Shown here piece after piece: positions 27,749 through 37,112 of a stretch of 64,000 bases of DNA. The position numbers and the translations under genes were made by a program. Every line of letters starts with the position of its first letter. Position 1 is the first letter of the stretch. Source of the stretch: Planctomycetota bacterium (GTDB taxonomy: Bacteria; Planctomycetota; B15-G4; JADJEK01). The stretch spans positions 55,888 through 119,887 of the forward strand of contig JBGAIQ010000017.1 of assembly GCA_044225365.1 (NCBI GenBank), written 5' to 3'. The notes below the pieces were generated by a model. The model worked only from the letters and a program-made list of their open reading frames with translations. It did no database searches and had not been told where the DNA came from.

Positions 27749-29109
27749 CCGAGCTGCTCGAGCTCGTGGCGATCCCTACCCTCGAGTTGGATCGCGGGGG
27801 AGTATTTGAATTCGCCCGATGTCGCGAGATCGCGTGCCTTGCGTCGCATCTCCTGGAGCGCCGCGAGCAGCTTCTCGACGATGTCCGGGTGCAACGAGGC
27901 CACGTCGTTCTGCTCCTTCGGATCGGTCGAAGTGCGGAACAACAGCGTCTCGCGAGGCCGGATGGCTTGCATGCGTTCGCCATTCACCATCACCGGCGGC
28001 GCGTTACCGCGATGGGTCGCGCCGCTGTGATCGAGGATGAGCGTCCAGCCGTTCGCGGAATACGACTCAGCGGAATAGTCCTCGCGGAGGCGAACTTCTC
28101 CGTATACCGGAAGCGATTCGAATCGCTCGCCGCGCAGGGCAGGAAGCAGACTCTCACCCTGCGCATTCGACGGCACGGGTAGGCCCGCGAGCGAGAGCAC
28201 GGTCGGCATCAAGTCGACGGTGCGCACCGTATCCGCGACGCGATGCGGTTGCATCCCCGGCGCTTTGATCATGAAAGGCACGTGGAGGACCTCGCGATAG
28301 AGCGATCGTCCGTGGCGCTCGCCTCCGTGGTCGGTGAACTCCTCACCGTGATCGGCGACGAGGATCACGATCGTGTTGGAGTCGAGACCGAAGCGCGTGA
28401 GCGCGTCGAAGAGCTTCCCGATCCAGAGATCGGTGAACGCGATCTCGCCGTCGTACAGTTCGATCTCCCCCGGACCGCGAAACTGGGACGCCGTCTCGGG
28501 ATGCACTTGATACAGCTCATGGGGATCGAAGTAGTGGAGCCAGAGGAAGAAGGGCTTCGACTTGGTATCGCTGGACGCCTGCTTCTCGAGCCAGTCGATT
28601 CCGCTCTGGGTCACACCCGGCGACGAGATCTGCTGATGCGACTCGGTGATCTCGTGCTGGAGCGAGTCATCGAGTTCATCGAAGCCTTGGATCAGGCCGT
28701 GGCGCTTTCCGGTGAAGACGTGACTGACGACAGCACGTGTGCGATACCCCGCCTTCTGGAGCAACTCGGGAAGGGTCGTGAACGACTCGTCCAGCTTGTC
28801 GTCGAAATGCGCACACTTGTGTGTCTGGCCGTACATCGAGGTGAACATCGTTGCGAAGGACGGAAGGGTCCACGAGGAGTGGGAGAACGCCTCGTCGAAC
28901 ACGACCGCCGTCTTCGCGAACGCATCGATGTTGGGAGACGTGGCCTTCTCGTACCCGTACGTGCCGAGATGATCGGCGCGCAATGTGTCGATGCTGATGA
29001 ACAGGATGTTCGGGCGGGCCGCGGCGCCACCTTTCGAACAACCGAGTTGCGTAACGAATGCAACGATCAAGCACGGGACGAGCGGGAGAGCGCGTCGAGT
29101 AAGGGGCAT
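27733..29109 (-). CDS. sulfatase-family (alkaline phosphatase superfamily) lipoprotein
   Basis: Lipobox LGC, PNILFISIDTLRADHL, SSWTLPS, FLWLHYFDPH, YDGEIAFTD, ADHGEEF, C-terminal LEQLGY. Confidence 0.88.
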   Translation of the reverse strand: MPLTRRALPLVPCLIVAFVTQLGCSKGGAAARPNILFISIDTLRADHLGTYGYEKATSPNIDAFAKTAVVFDEAFSHSSWTLPSFATMFTSMYGQTHKCAHFDDKLDESFTTLPELLQKAGYRTRAVVSHVFTGKRHGLIQGFDELDDSLQHEITESHQQISSPGVTQSGIDWLEKQASSDTKSKPFFLWLHYFDPHELYQVHPETASQFRGPGEIELYDGEIAFTDLWIGKLFDALTRFGLDSNTIVILVADHGEEFTDHGGERHGRSLYREVLHVPFMIKAPGMQPHRVADTVRTVDLMPTVLSLAGLPVPSNAQGESLLPALRGERFESLPVYGEVRLREDYSAESYSANGWTLILDHSGATHRGNAPPVMVNGERMQAIRPRETLLFRTSTDPKEQNDVASLHPDIVEKLLAALQEMRRKARDLATSGEFKYSPAIQLEGRDRHELEQLGYTGK

Positions 29110-29344
29110 GTTTTTCCGCGCCGACGATCGGAGGGGAGCGGAGAGAGAAGCGGCGGGTCGGAGTCGCGCTACGAAATGGAGAGAGAGAGAGATCGTGGCG
29201 TAAGAAAGAAGATGCCGCTGGGGTCGGGTTTCGCCAAACCAAAAACCCGGAACTTTGATGTTCCGTGAATCCGATTTTCTTTCGAGCACCCGCGAAGCGC
29301 TGGCGAAAGGAGATCTTCCGATCGACGGCGCAAAGTACTTCGTC

Positions 29345-30331
29345 TCAGTTGGCGATGCCCTGGAGTCCGTTGCTCGCCGCCGCGCCGAACACCGCAACCG
29401 GATCCGCGATCCAGTACTGCAGTACGATCGGCGTCCCGCTCGGCACACCGGCCGGCCAAGTGGTGGGTAGCGAGATCGCGCCCGCGCCGTTCGTCTGAAT
29501 TGGCAAGACGAAATTCGTCGACGCCACGTTCGGGACGAGGACGCCGCCCAGGAAGGGTTGATTGAGCTGCGAGAGCCCGGTGATGAGCAACGCCGCGGAG
29601 TTCGGCCGGGCGTTGGCGAGCGAGATCGTGACGTTCGAACCCGCGGAGAGCGCGCCGGTCCCGCTGAGCGTCGGCAGACCGCTGGTTCCCGCGAGGGCAT
29701 GCCCGAGGTCGGTCCAATCGAGGTCGCGCGTGATGCGGATGTTGTCCGCGCCCACGGTCCAGATATCGAAGATGAAGAAGAACGTGGGGTCGCCGTAGAA
29801 GAACTCGACCTTCGTCACGTTGGTGATGACCTGATTCCAGGTGGCGTTCGGTTGGAGGCAAGTGCTCGAAGGATGCACCGCCCAACCGCTCGGCATCGTC
29901 GCGCTCTGCGACGGCACGGGCACGTCGATCGGCTTCCAACCCTGATTCACTTGCGGAACGAAGTCAGTGCCGAGTCGATAGACGGCGCAGGTGCCACTCC
30001 ACAGCACGAGCGTCGCCTCGCGCGAGAAAGCGAATTGAGTCGCGAGCGTGCGCAGGTCGACGCCGATGCTCGTCACCTTCGAGCTGCGATAATCTCCCGT
30101 GAACGCCGAACTCGGAGAGTTGGTTCGCAACGAAGGCGCGAAGGTGTCCATCGTGGCTTTCAGGTAGGCGCCCGGATTCCCGCCGGATGCGGGCAGGTTC
30201 TGCGGGGGGCCGTACGTCCATCCCGCACTGTTCACGCCGCCTTCGAACGTGTCGGTGAAGATCACGGAGCCGGCGTGCGCGACGGTGGCGAACGCGAGCG
30301 CAAGGACGAACGATCCGATTCGATGGAGCAT
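29345..30331 (-). CDS. secreted protein with a beta-sandwich N-terminal domain and a conserved C-terminal domain shared with 37113-38756
   Basis: Signal peptide ending AHA, GGNPG...FTGDY...DNIRI core, C-terminal DLGH...VLPIQTNGAG...LQYW...SNGL. Confidence 0.7.
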   Translation of the reverse strand: MLHRIGSFVLALAFATVAHAGSVIFTDTFEGGVNSAGWTYGPPQNLPASGGNPGAYLKATMDTFAPSLRTNSPSSAFTGDYRSSKVTSIGVDLRTLATQFAFSREATLVLWSGTCAVYRLGTDFVPQVNQGWKPIDVPVPSQSATMPSGWAVHPSSTCLQPNATWNQVITNVTKVEFFYGDPTFFFIFDIWTVGADNIRITRDLDWTDLGHALAGTSGLPTLSGTGALSAGSNVTISLANARPNSAALLITGLSQLNQPFLGGVLVPNVASTNFVLPIQTNGAGAISLPTTWPAGVPSGTPIVLQYWIADPVAVFGAAASNGLQGIAN

Positions 30332-30391
30332 GGGAGCACCTGACACGACGGAGAGGGGGCGGGTCGATTGTAGCCGACAGGGGGCTGCGCG

Positions 30392-31822
30392 CTACGCGAG
30401 CACGTCCGTGACGACGTTGCCGGCGACATCCGTGAGCCGGAAATCGCGGCCCGCGTACCGATAGGTCAGCTTCTTGTGGTCGACGCCGAGGAGGTGCAAG
30501 AGCGTCGCGTGCAGATCGTGCATGTCGACGACGTCGACGCTGGCATAGCAGCCGTAGTCGTCGGTCGCGCCGTAGTGATGACCGCCCTTCACTCCGCCAC
30601 CCGCGAGCCAGATCGTGAAACCATGGGGATTGTGATCGCGCCCGTCGCGATTGCCGCCGCTCGGCGTGCGACCGAATTCACCGCCCCAGATCACGAGCGT
30701 GTCGTCCCACAGTCCGCGGGACTTCAGGTCCTGCAAGAGCCCCGCGATGGGCTTGTCGACTTCTCGCGCATTCAGCGCGTGCTCGTGCTTCAGCGCGGTG
30801 TGCTGGTCCCACTTGTAGGCGTGAGTGCATTGGACGAAGCGGACGCCGGATTCGCAGAAACGCCGCGCGAGCAGACACTGCCGCGCGAAGTTGTCGGTCG
30901 TCGGTTCGTCGATGCCGTAGAGCTTCTTCACGGCGTCCGACTCATCGTTCAGATCGAAGTACTTCGGTGCGACCTTCTGCATGCGGAACGCCAGTTCGAA
31001 CGACTGGAGCCGCGCGTCGAGGACATCGTCGTCCTGACGCTGCTCGAGATGCTCGCCGTTCAGATCGGCGAGGAACTCGACCTGCCGGCGCTGGAACTCG
31101 CCGCTCCAATGCTTGTTCGAGAGATGGCGGAACGAGACGTTCTTCATCGGCGTGCCGGGAAAGCCGACGGGCGTGCCCTGATAGGCGCTCGGGAGGAAGG
31201 CCGACGACCAGTTGTTCGCGCCGCCGTGCCCGAGCGAGGGGCAGATCGTGAGGAAGCCCGGGAGGTCGCGATTCTCCGTGCCGAGGCCGTAGAGGATCCA
31301 ACTGCCCATGCTCGGTCTCACGAACGTATCGGATCCGGTGTGCAGGGAGAGCAGTGCGCCGCCATGCGCGGCGTTCGGCGTGTGCATCGAGTGGATGAAG
31401 CAGAGGTCGTCGGCCATCGCCGCGAGGTGAGGGAAGATCTCGGAGACGGGCGTCCCCGATTCCCCGTAGCGTTCGAATCTGTACGGGGATCGCAGCAGAT
31501 TCCCGCCGGGACCGAATAGGACTCCGGGCTTGCCGGGCGGAACCGGCTTCCCGTCGTCGCGCTGGAGGAGCGGTTTGTAGTCGAACGTGTCGACGTGCGA
31601 GGGACCGCCGTGCATGAACAGGAAGATGATTCGCTTCGCACGCGGCGCGAAGTGGGGCGGTTTCATCGCGAGGGGATCGGGCGAAATGGGCGCGGCGCGA
31701 GCGAACTCGGGAAGGAGAGCCTGCGCGGCGAGCCAGCCGAATCCGAGCGACGCATTCTTCAGCAGGTCACGACGCGTCTCCGAACGACGGCGGGAGGGTT
31801 CGCGGCGAGGTCGTTCGTCCAT
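30392..31822 (-). CDS. DUF1501 domain protein, Tat-exported
   Basis: TRRDLL Tat motif, AKRIIFLFMHGGPSHVDTFDYKP, RPSMGSW, CLLARR, WDQH, GEFGRTP, GRDFRLTDVAG. Confidence 0.92.
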   Translation of the reverse strand: MDERPRREPSRRRSETRRDLLKNASLGFGWLAAQALLPEFARAAPISPDPLAMKPPHFAPRAKRIIFLFMHGGPSHVDTFDYKPLLQRDDGKPVPPGKPGVLFGPGGNLLRSPYRFERYGESGTPVSEIFPHLAAMADDLCFIHSMHTPNAAHGGALLSLHTGSDTFVRPSMGSWILYGLGTENRDLPGFLTICPSLGHGGANNWSSAFLPSAYQGTPVGFPGTPMKNVSFRHLSNKHWSGEFQRRQVEFLADLNGEHLEQRQDDDVLDARLQSFELAFRMQKVAPKYFDLNDESDAVKKLYGIDEPTTDNFARQCLLARRFCESGVRFVQCTHAYKWDQHTALKHEHALNAREVDKPIAGLLQDLKSRGLWDDTLVIWGGEFGRTPSGGNRDGRDHNPHGFTIWLAGGGVKGGHHYGATDDYGCYASVDVVDMHDLHATLLHLLGVDHKKLTYRYAGRDFRLTDVAGNVVTDVLA

Positions 31823-31827
31823 GGCGA

Positions 31828-34800
31828 TCAATCCACGTAGAGGAACTCGGAACTCGAGAGCAATGCCTGGCACAGCCCGACGAGAGCGTCGTGATCACGA
31901 TCTTTCGAATCCTTCAGGCTGCTCTTCGCGTCCGCGAGGAACGCGACCGCGCGTTCGGTCTCGCTCGCCGTTGGAGCGCGGAGGTAGACACGGCGATAGG
32001 CCCGGTCGATCCGTGCGGCGTCGTCGTTCGGACTCTCTTTCGAGTCGGCCTCGATTCGCTTCGCGAGCGCCTCCCCCTGTTCGATCGCGAATGGGCTGTT
32101 CAGGAGCCACAGGGACTGAGTGGCGACGGTCGATTCGTTGCGACCGTCGGCCGATGTGGCGGCGTCGGGGACGTCGAACGTCGTCAGGAATTCGAAACGG
32201 ATGTTGCGCAGGACGGGCAGGTACAGCGTGCGCCGCAATCCTCCGAACTGCGCCTTGTCGGAGCCCGAGGAGTCGCCGCCCACGTACTCGCGATCCTTCG
32301 TCGTGAGCAGGGAACCGCCCATCGTGAGGTCGAGTGTTCCGCTCGTCGCGAGCATCGCATCGCGCAGCTCTTCCGCCTCGAGTCGGCGTCGCGGGAAACG
32401 CGAGAGCAGCCGATCATCGGGATCGCGCTCGAGTGCGGCGGCGGTCGCTCCGCCGCTCATGCGGTAGGTGCCAGAGAGCACGATCTTGCGGTGCAGGGCC
32501 TTCAATGAGAAGTGATTCGCGATGAAGTAGGTTGCGAGATGATCGAGCAGCTCGGGATGGGTGGGCTTCTCGCCGCGAACGCCGAAGTTCGATGCCGTCG
32601 CTACGAGGCCCCGGCCGAAGTGTCCTTGCCAGACCCGATTCACGATCACCCGCGCCGTGAGCGGGTTCGTCTCCGAGGTGAGCCAGGAAGCGAGTTCGAG
32701 TCGTCCGCTCGCGCCAGCCTCGATCGGCGGGAGCTTGTCGAGCGAATCGAAGACGGCGGGTGTCGCTCGAGGCACGACGTCCTTCTGCTTGTCCCGATGA
32801 TTGCCGCGAACGAAGACGGGCAACTCGACGACCTTGTCGTCGCTCACGCCGATGCAGTGGTCGAGTTCGGGCGGCTTCCTCGCGTCGACGGCGGCGAGCT
32901 CCGTGCGGAGTTTCGCGAGGACGGCGATGTCGTCGGCCGCGAATCGCGATTCGTCGCCGAGCGCGGGATCGGGAATGGGCGAGAGCCATCCGGTCAGCGA
33001 CTTGCGCACGGATTCGAGCGCGGCGTCCTTCCCGCCGTCCTTGCCGGGAATGGCGCCCTTCGGGTCCTTCAGTTCGCAAAGAGCGTTCGCCAATTCCGGA
33101 GCCCGCGCGACGACCGTCTCATCGGGGCGGCGTGCGAGCCACTCGGCGCAACTGCGCAGGATGCTGCGATCGAGATCGGGATCGAACGCGTCCGAGTCGG
33201 GCGGCCACGCCGAGGACTCCGAGAACACGGGATGGATCAGTAGCGTGTCGAGGTGCGGGAAATACTGCGAGCCCTTGGAGTCGCGCTCGAGACGGATTCG
33301 ATGTCGACCCGCTGCGGCTTCGAACGAGCCCGCGGGCGCCCACTTCCGACTGTCGACGCCGAAACCGCCGGTCGCATCCTTCAGAACGTTTTCGCCAGCG
33401 AGCGTTCCGTCGACGAGCACGCGGATCGGTCGCGCATCGCCGCAGGCGTAGCGGATCTCGATCGCGAACCGTTGCGCATCGCATAGATCGAGGTCGTATT
33501 CGGCGAAGCTCGTGCCGTCGCGATTGGTGTAGACGACTCCGACGTCGGCATTCCCGTGCGTCTCGTGATCGACGTGCAATGTGCTGTCCTGATAGTCCTC
33601 GGCCTCGATCAGAACGGCGTCTTGCGCGTAGCGACGCACCGCCGCGAGGTAGCGGGGCAGTTGCCGGAGGAGTTCCGCGCGCCGAACGTTCTTCGCATGG
33701 TCGAGCGCCTTCATGACGGCGTCGTTCGCCGCGTCGTGTTCTTTGCGCCAAGCGTCGCGGACGGCAATCTCGTCCTTCGTCCCGAGTTCGATCTCCCGCC
33801 AACGAGACAGGGCCTGCGGCGCCTCGAACGTACTCGTGCTCTTCAGGATGCCCGCGAGCGCGTAGTAGTCCTTCTGGGTGAACGGATCGAACTTGTGATC
33901 GTGGCACCGCGCGCAGGTGAACGAAACTCCGAGGATTCCCTTGGTGATGACGTCGATCTGCTCGTCGATCGTATCGGCATCGAGCTTCTCGCGGTCGGGC
34001 TCGGCGAGCATCTTCGGCCCGAGGCAGAGGAAGCCCGTCGCGATTTTCTGGCGGCGAAGGATGCGGCGTGTCGCTTCCTTGTCGGCCTTGCTCTGCGGAA
34101 TGTCGGCGTGTGCATCGGGGGAGTCGCATTCGGGCTCGGGCAGCAGGTCGCCCGCGATCTGCTCCGTGACGAATCGATCGTACGGCAGATCGTCGTTGAG
34201 AGCGTTCACGACGTAATCGCGATAACGCCACGCCTCGGCGATGGCCAGGTTCTCGTCGGAGCCGTTGCTGTCGGCGTAGCGCGCGACATCGAGCCAGAGG
34301 CGGCCCCAGCGTTCACCGTAGTGCGGGGACGCGAGGAGTCGATCGACCACCTTCTCGTAGGCGTCGTCCGAACGATCGCTGTCGAACTGAACGAGTTCGC
34401 TCTCCGTGGGTGGTAGCCCGATCAGATCGAACGTGACGCGGCGCAGCCACGTCCGCCGATCGCACTCCTTCGCGGGATCGAGTCGATTTCCAGTGAGCGC
34501 AGCGACGACGAATCGATCGAGCGGGTCTCGGATCCACGCCGAGTTCGCTCCGTCCGCGAGCGAAGGAAGTGGTGGATCCGTGATGCGCTGGAATGCCCAA
34601 TGCGTCGCTCGCGGTGAGTCGGACCCCGTTGGGCGATTCGTCGTGTCGGGCGCCTTCTCGCGGGGATCGGGCGCACCCATGGTGATCCACGTCTCGAGAT
34701 CCTTGATCTGCGCGTCCTGCAGTTTGCCGCGCGGCGGCATCTGCACGTCGGGGAGCGCATAGCGGACCGCTTCGAAAAGGAGGCTCTTCGTGGCGTCGCC

Positions 34801-35037
34801 CGGAACGATCACGGGTCCCCGTTCGCCGCCCTGCTTCCAGCCGCTCGCGCTGTCGAGTGCGAGTCCGCCCTTGCGATGATCGGGCGCTTCGCGGTGACAC
34901 TCGACGCAGTTCTCGACGAGAAGGGGCCGGATCCGTCGTTCGAAGAAGTCCTCGGGCTCCGTCTTCGCCCGCAGTTGCGCAGCGAGGAGGAGTGCGATGA
35001 AGAGCGTGGCGAGCCGTCGACGATGGAAGTCGTGCAC
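31828..35037 (-). CDS. planctomycete cytochrome c protein (PSCyt1 + DUF1549 + DUF1553) with an inserted CBM-like domain
   Basis: FFERRIRPLLVENCVECH, HWAF, RRVTFDLIGLPPT, YGERWGRLWLDVARYADS, CARCHDHKFDP, NPLTARVIVNRVW, PTHPELLD. Confidence 0.92.
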   Translation of the reverse strand: MHDFHRRRLATLFIALLLAAQLRAKTEPEDFFERRIRPLLVENCVECHREAPDHRKGGLALDSASGWKQGGERGPVIVPGDATKSLLFEAVRYALPDVQMPPRGKLQDAQIKDLETWITMGAPDPREKAPDTTNRPTGSDSPRATHWAFQRITDPPLPSLADGANSAWIRDPLDRFVVAALTGNRLDPAKECDRRTWLRRVTFDLIGLPPTESELVQFDSDRSDDAYEKVVDRLLASPHYGERWGRLWLDVARYADSNGSDENLAIAEAWRYRDYVVNALNDDLPYDRFVTEQIAGDLLPEPECDSPDAHADIPQSKADKEATRRILRRQKIATGFLCLGPKMLAEPDREKLDADTIDEQIDVITKGILGVSFTCARCHDHKFDPFTQKDYYALAGILKSTSTFEAPQALSRWREIELGTKDEIAVRDAWRKEHDAANDAVMKALDHAKNVRRAELLRQLPRYLAAVRRYAQDAVLIEAEDYQDSTLHVDHETHGNADVGVVYTNRDGTSFAEYDLDLCDAQRFAIEIRYACGDARPIRVLVDGTLAGENVLKDATGGFGVDSRKWAPAGSFEAAAGRHRIRLERDSKGSQYFPHLDTLLIHPVFSESSAWPPDSDAFDPDLDRSILRSCAEWLARRPDETVVARAPELANALCELKDPKGAIPGKDGGKDAALESVRKSLTGWLSPIPDPALGDESRFAADDIAVLAKLRTELAAVDARKPPELDHCIGVSDDKVVELPVFVRGNHRDKQKDVVPRATPAVFDSLDKLPPIEAGASGRLELASWLTSETNPLTARVIVNRVWQGHFGRGLVATASNFGVRGEKPTHPELLDHLATYFIANHFSLKALHRKIVLSGTYRMSGGATAAALERDPDDRLLSRFPRRRLEAEELRDAMLATSGTLDLTMGGSLLTTKDREYVGGDSSGSDKAQFGGLRRTLYLPVLRNIRFEFLTTFDVPDAATSADGRNESTVATQSLWLLNSPFAIEQGEALAKRIEADSKESPNDDAARIDRAYRRVYLRAPTASETERAVAFLADAKSSLKDSKDRDHDALVGLCQALLSSSEFLYVD

Positions 35038-35144
35038 GCGAATCCTCGAGAGAGGACGACGGCGTACAGGGTATTCCTTCGGCGGCCGGCGAACAACGAT
35101 CGTTTCGGGCTGTTACGAAGGGTTACGCGATGCCGGGGATCCAA

Positions 35145-35220
35145 ACGACCGTTCACGATTCCGCATGGCCTGCGGCCGGCTGCGGAGCGCGGGGGCTTCG
35201 TCGAACCTCCTCTCCGACTC
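35145..35220 (+). repeat. solo half copy of the 15709-15868 element
   Basis: Ungapped by-eye alignment to the reverse complement of 15793-15868 gives 61 of 76 identical positions, including GACCGTTCACGATTC. Confidence 0.75.
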
Positions 35221-35229
35221 ACCTCTCGC

Positions 35230-37053
35230 TCATCGGACGCGCTTGCCTTCGAACGCGCTGTCGGGCTGGAAGATCCTCACCGAAACGACCTCGCCCGCAG
35301 CATCGAGTACGAACTGGACCCTGAAGCCCTTGTGCGATGCGAGGGAGAACGTGTTGTGCATCGAGGGCTCGAGGTCGATCGAGGGCTCACCTGAGAACGT
35401 GAGGCGGAGCGTGCTGCTGACGAGTTCCACCGTGGCTTCCTTCTCCGGCAACGCGTACCTGCCGACGAATCGCGCGAGATAGCCGGGATCCTTCAATCGC
35501 GAGTCGGGCAAGCGCGCGAATTCGACGGGGTCGACCGCGGGTTCCATCTGCGCGCGCAACGCGGAGACCTCCCCCGAGAGATCGGTGACGAACTGCAATT
35601 CGAGCCCGTCGAACGGGGAGTCCTTCTTCTTGCCGGAGAACACGTCGTAGTGCCAGTGCTCGAGCGGAAGGGATTCGGTACCGAACGTGAGTGCGAGACC
35701 GGAGTCGCTGCGCGAGATCTCGATCCGACCGTAGCCGGGGTGCTCGTATGCGCCCGCGAATTCATCGAGCGCATGCGACGGATTCGTGCCCTTCTTGCGG
35801 GCGAGTTCGCGATTCCCCGCGGATTCCTTGGCGAGCTTCTTCGCGGTCTCGCGCTTCGTCACGTATCCGGCGATGCGATCCTTGGCCGGGGAGACTCCGG
35901 GTAGCAATCGATCGAGCGCGAGTCGGACCAGCAATTCGGGCAGGTCGTTCACGTTCTTGTTCGTGAGCACGGCGATGCCGATCCGTTCTTGCGGCACCAT
36001 GAGGACGAGCGCGGAGAAACCATCGATGTGGCCGCCGTGATGGATGCGGCGGTAGCCGTGGTACTCGTCGTGGAACCACCCGAGTGAGTAGCCGACCATG
36101 CGCGCTTCGTCGGTCGTTCCGCCGAGCGCTCCGTCGTCGGTCATGATCATTCGCGGCGTGTGCAGATCGTCGAGAGTTCCCTTCGCGATGAAGTGCTTGC
36201 CGTCGAGATCCCCGTTCGACAGGTGGAGTCGCAGCCAGCTCGCGAGATCGTCGACGCACGAGTTGATCGAGCCGGCCGGGCCGACGTGCGTGATGTTGCG
36301 AAACGGGATCGCGGTGACCTTGTCGTCGCGGTCGTCGTAGGGCTTTGCGAAATCGGCGTCCTTCTGCGATTCCTCGACCGAGAAGTTCGAACGCTTCATC
36401 CCGAGCGGAACGAAGATCCGCTCGCGGACGAGGTCCTCCCAGCTCTTGCCCGTGATCTTCTCTTCGAGGTAGCCCGCGGTCAGGAACATCAGGTTGTTGT
36501 ATTGGAAGTCGGTGCGGAAATCCCGCGACTCGGGAAGGAAGCGAATGCGCGCGACCATCTCGGCGCGGGAGAGATTCGGTTGCGCGTACCAAAGGGCATC
36601 GTGCCGCGGCAGGCCAGAGCGATGCGTCACGAGATCGCGCGGCGTGATGCGGTCGGTGGCGATGGGATCGTGGAGACGGAATTCGGGGAGCCACGTCGTC
36701 ACGGGCTTGTCGAGGTCGAGTCTTCCCTCATCGACCAGCGTGCCGAGCACGAAGGTCGTGAACGCCTTCGTCGACGAACCGATCCCGAAGAGCGTTCGCG
36801 GCGTGACCGGGAGATCGCGCTCGACGTCGCGCTGACCGACGCCCGCCGAGAAGACGACTTCGCCGTCCTTGACCACCGCGATGGCGGCGCCCGGAACTTC
36901 GAGCGCCTTGCGGGCTTGGTCGGCGATGGTCGCGAAGTCCGCGAGCTTCGTTCGCGCATCCGCGGCGGTGCGGGGTGCTTCTTGCTGCGCGGTCGCGCAG
37001 CCGGTCGACCAGAGCAGAGCGATCGACACGAAGGCGCCAAAGGCGAGAGTCAT
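35230..37053 (-). CDS. serine hydrolase, beta-lactamase/AmpC-like family with DUF3471-type C-terminal domains
   Basis: FGIGSSTKAF (SxxK), THRSGLP, FQYNN (YxN), HHGGHIDGF, GAYEHPGYG; signal or lipoprotein peptide. Confidence 0.88.
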   Translation of the reverse strand: MTLAFGAFVSIALLWSTGCATAQQEAPRTAADARTKLADFATIADQARKALEVPGAAIAVVKDGEVVFSAGVGQRDVERDLPVTPRTLFGIGSSTKAFTTFVLGTLVDEGRLDLDKPVTTWLPEFRLHDPIATDRITPRDLVTHRSGLPRHDALWYAQPNLSRAEMVARIRFLPESRDFRTDFQYNNLMFLTAGYLEEKITGKSWEDLVRERIFVPLGMKRSNFSVEESQKDADFAKPYDDRDDKVTAIPFRNITHVGPAGSINSCVDDLASWLRLHLSNGDLDGKHFIAKGTLDDLHTPRMIMTDDGALGGTTDEARMVGYSLGWFHDEYHGYRRIHHGGHIDGFSALVLMVPQERIGIAVLTNKNVNDLPELLVRLALDRLLPGVSPAKDRIAGYVTKRETAKKLAKESAGNRELARKKGTNPSHALDEFAGAYEHPGYGRIEISRSDSGLALTFGTESLPLEHWHYDVFSGKKKDSPFDGLELQFVTDLSGEVSALRAQMEPAVDPVEFARLPDSRLKDPGYLARFVGRYALPEKEATVELVSSTLRLTFSGEPSIDLEPSMHNTFSLASHKGFRVQFVLDAAGEVVSVRIFQPDSAFEGKRVR

Positions 37054-37112
37054 GATTCACCGGGGGAGATGTGTGGAATGCACGGCCGCCGCTCGCACCG
37101 CGGCGGAACGGA

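Noticed and set aside
29178-29192. (GA)n tract upstream of the sulfatase gene as a phase-variation site
   Set aside because: Short and non-coding, with no evidence that it sits within a promoter spacer.
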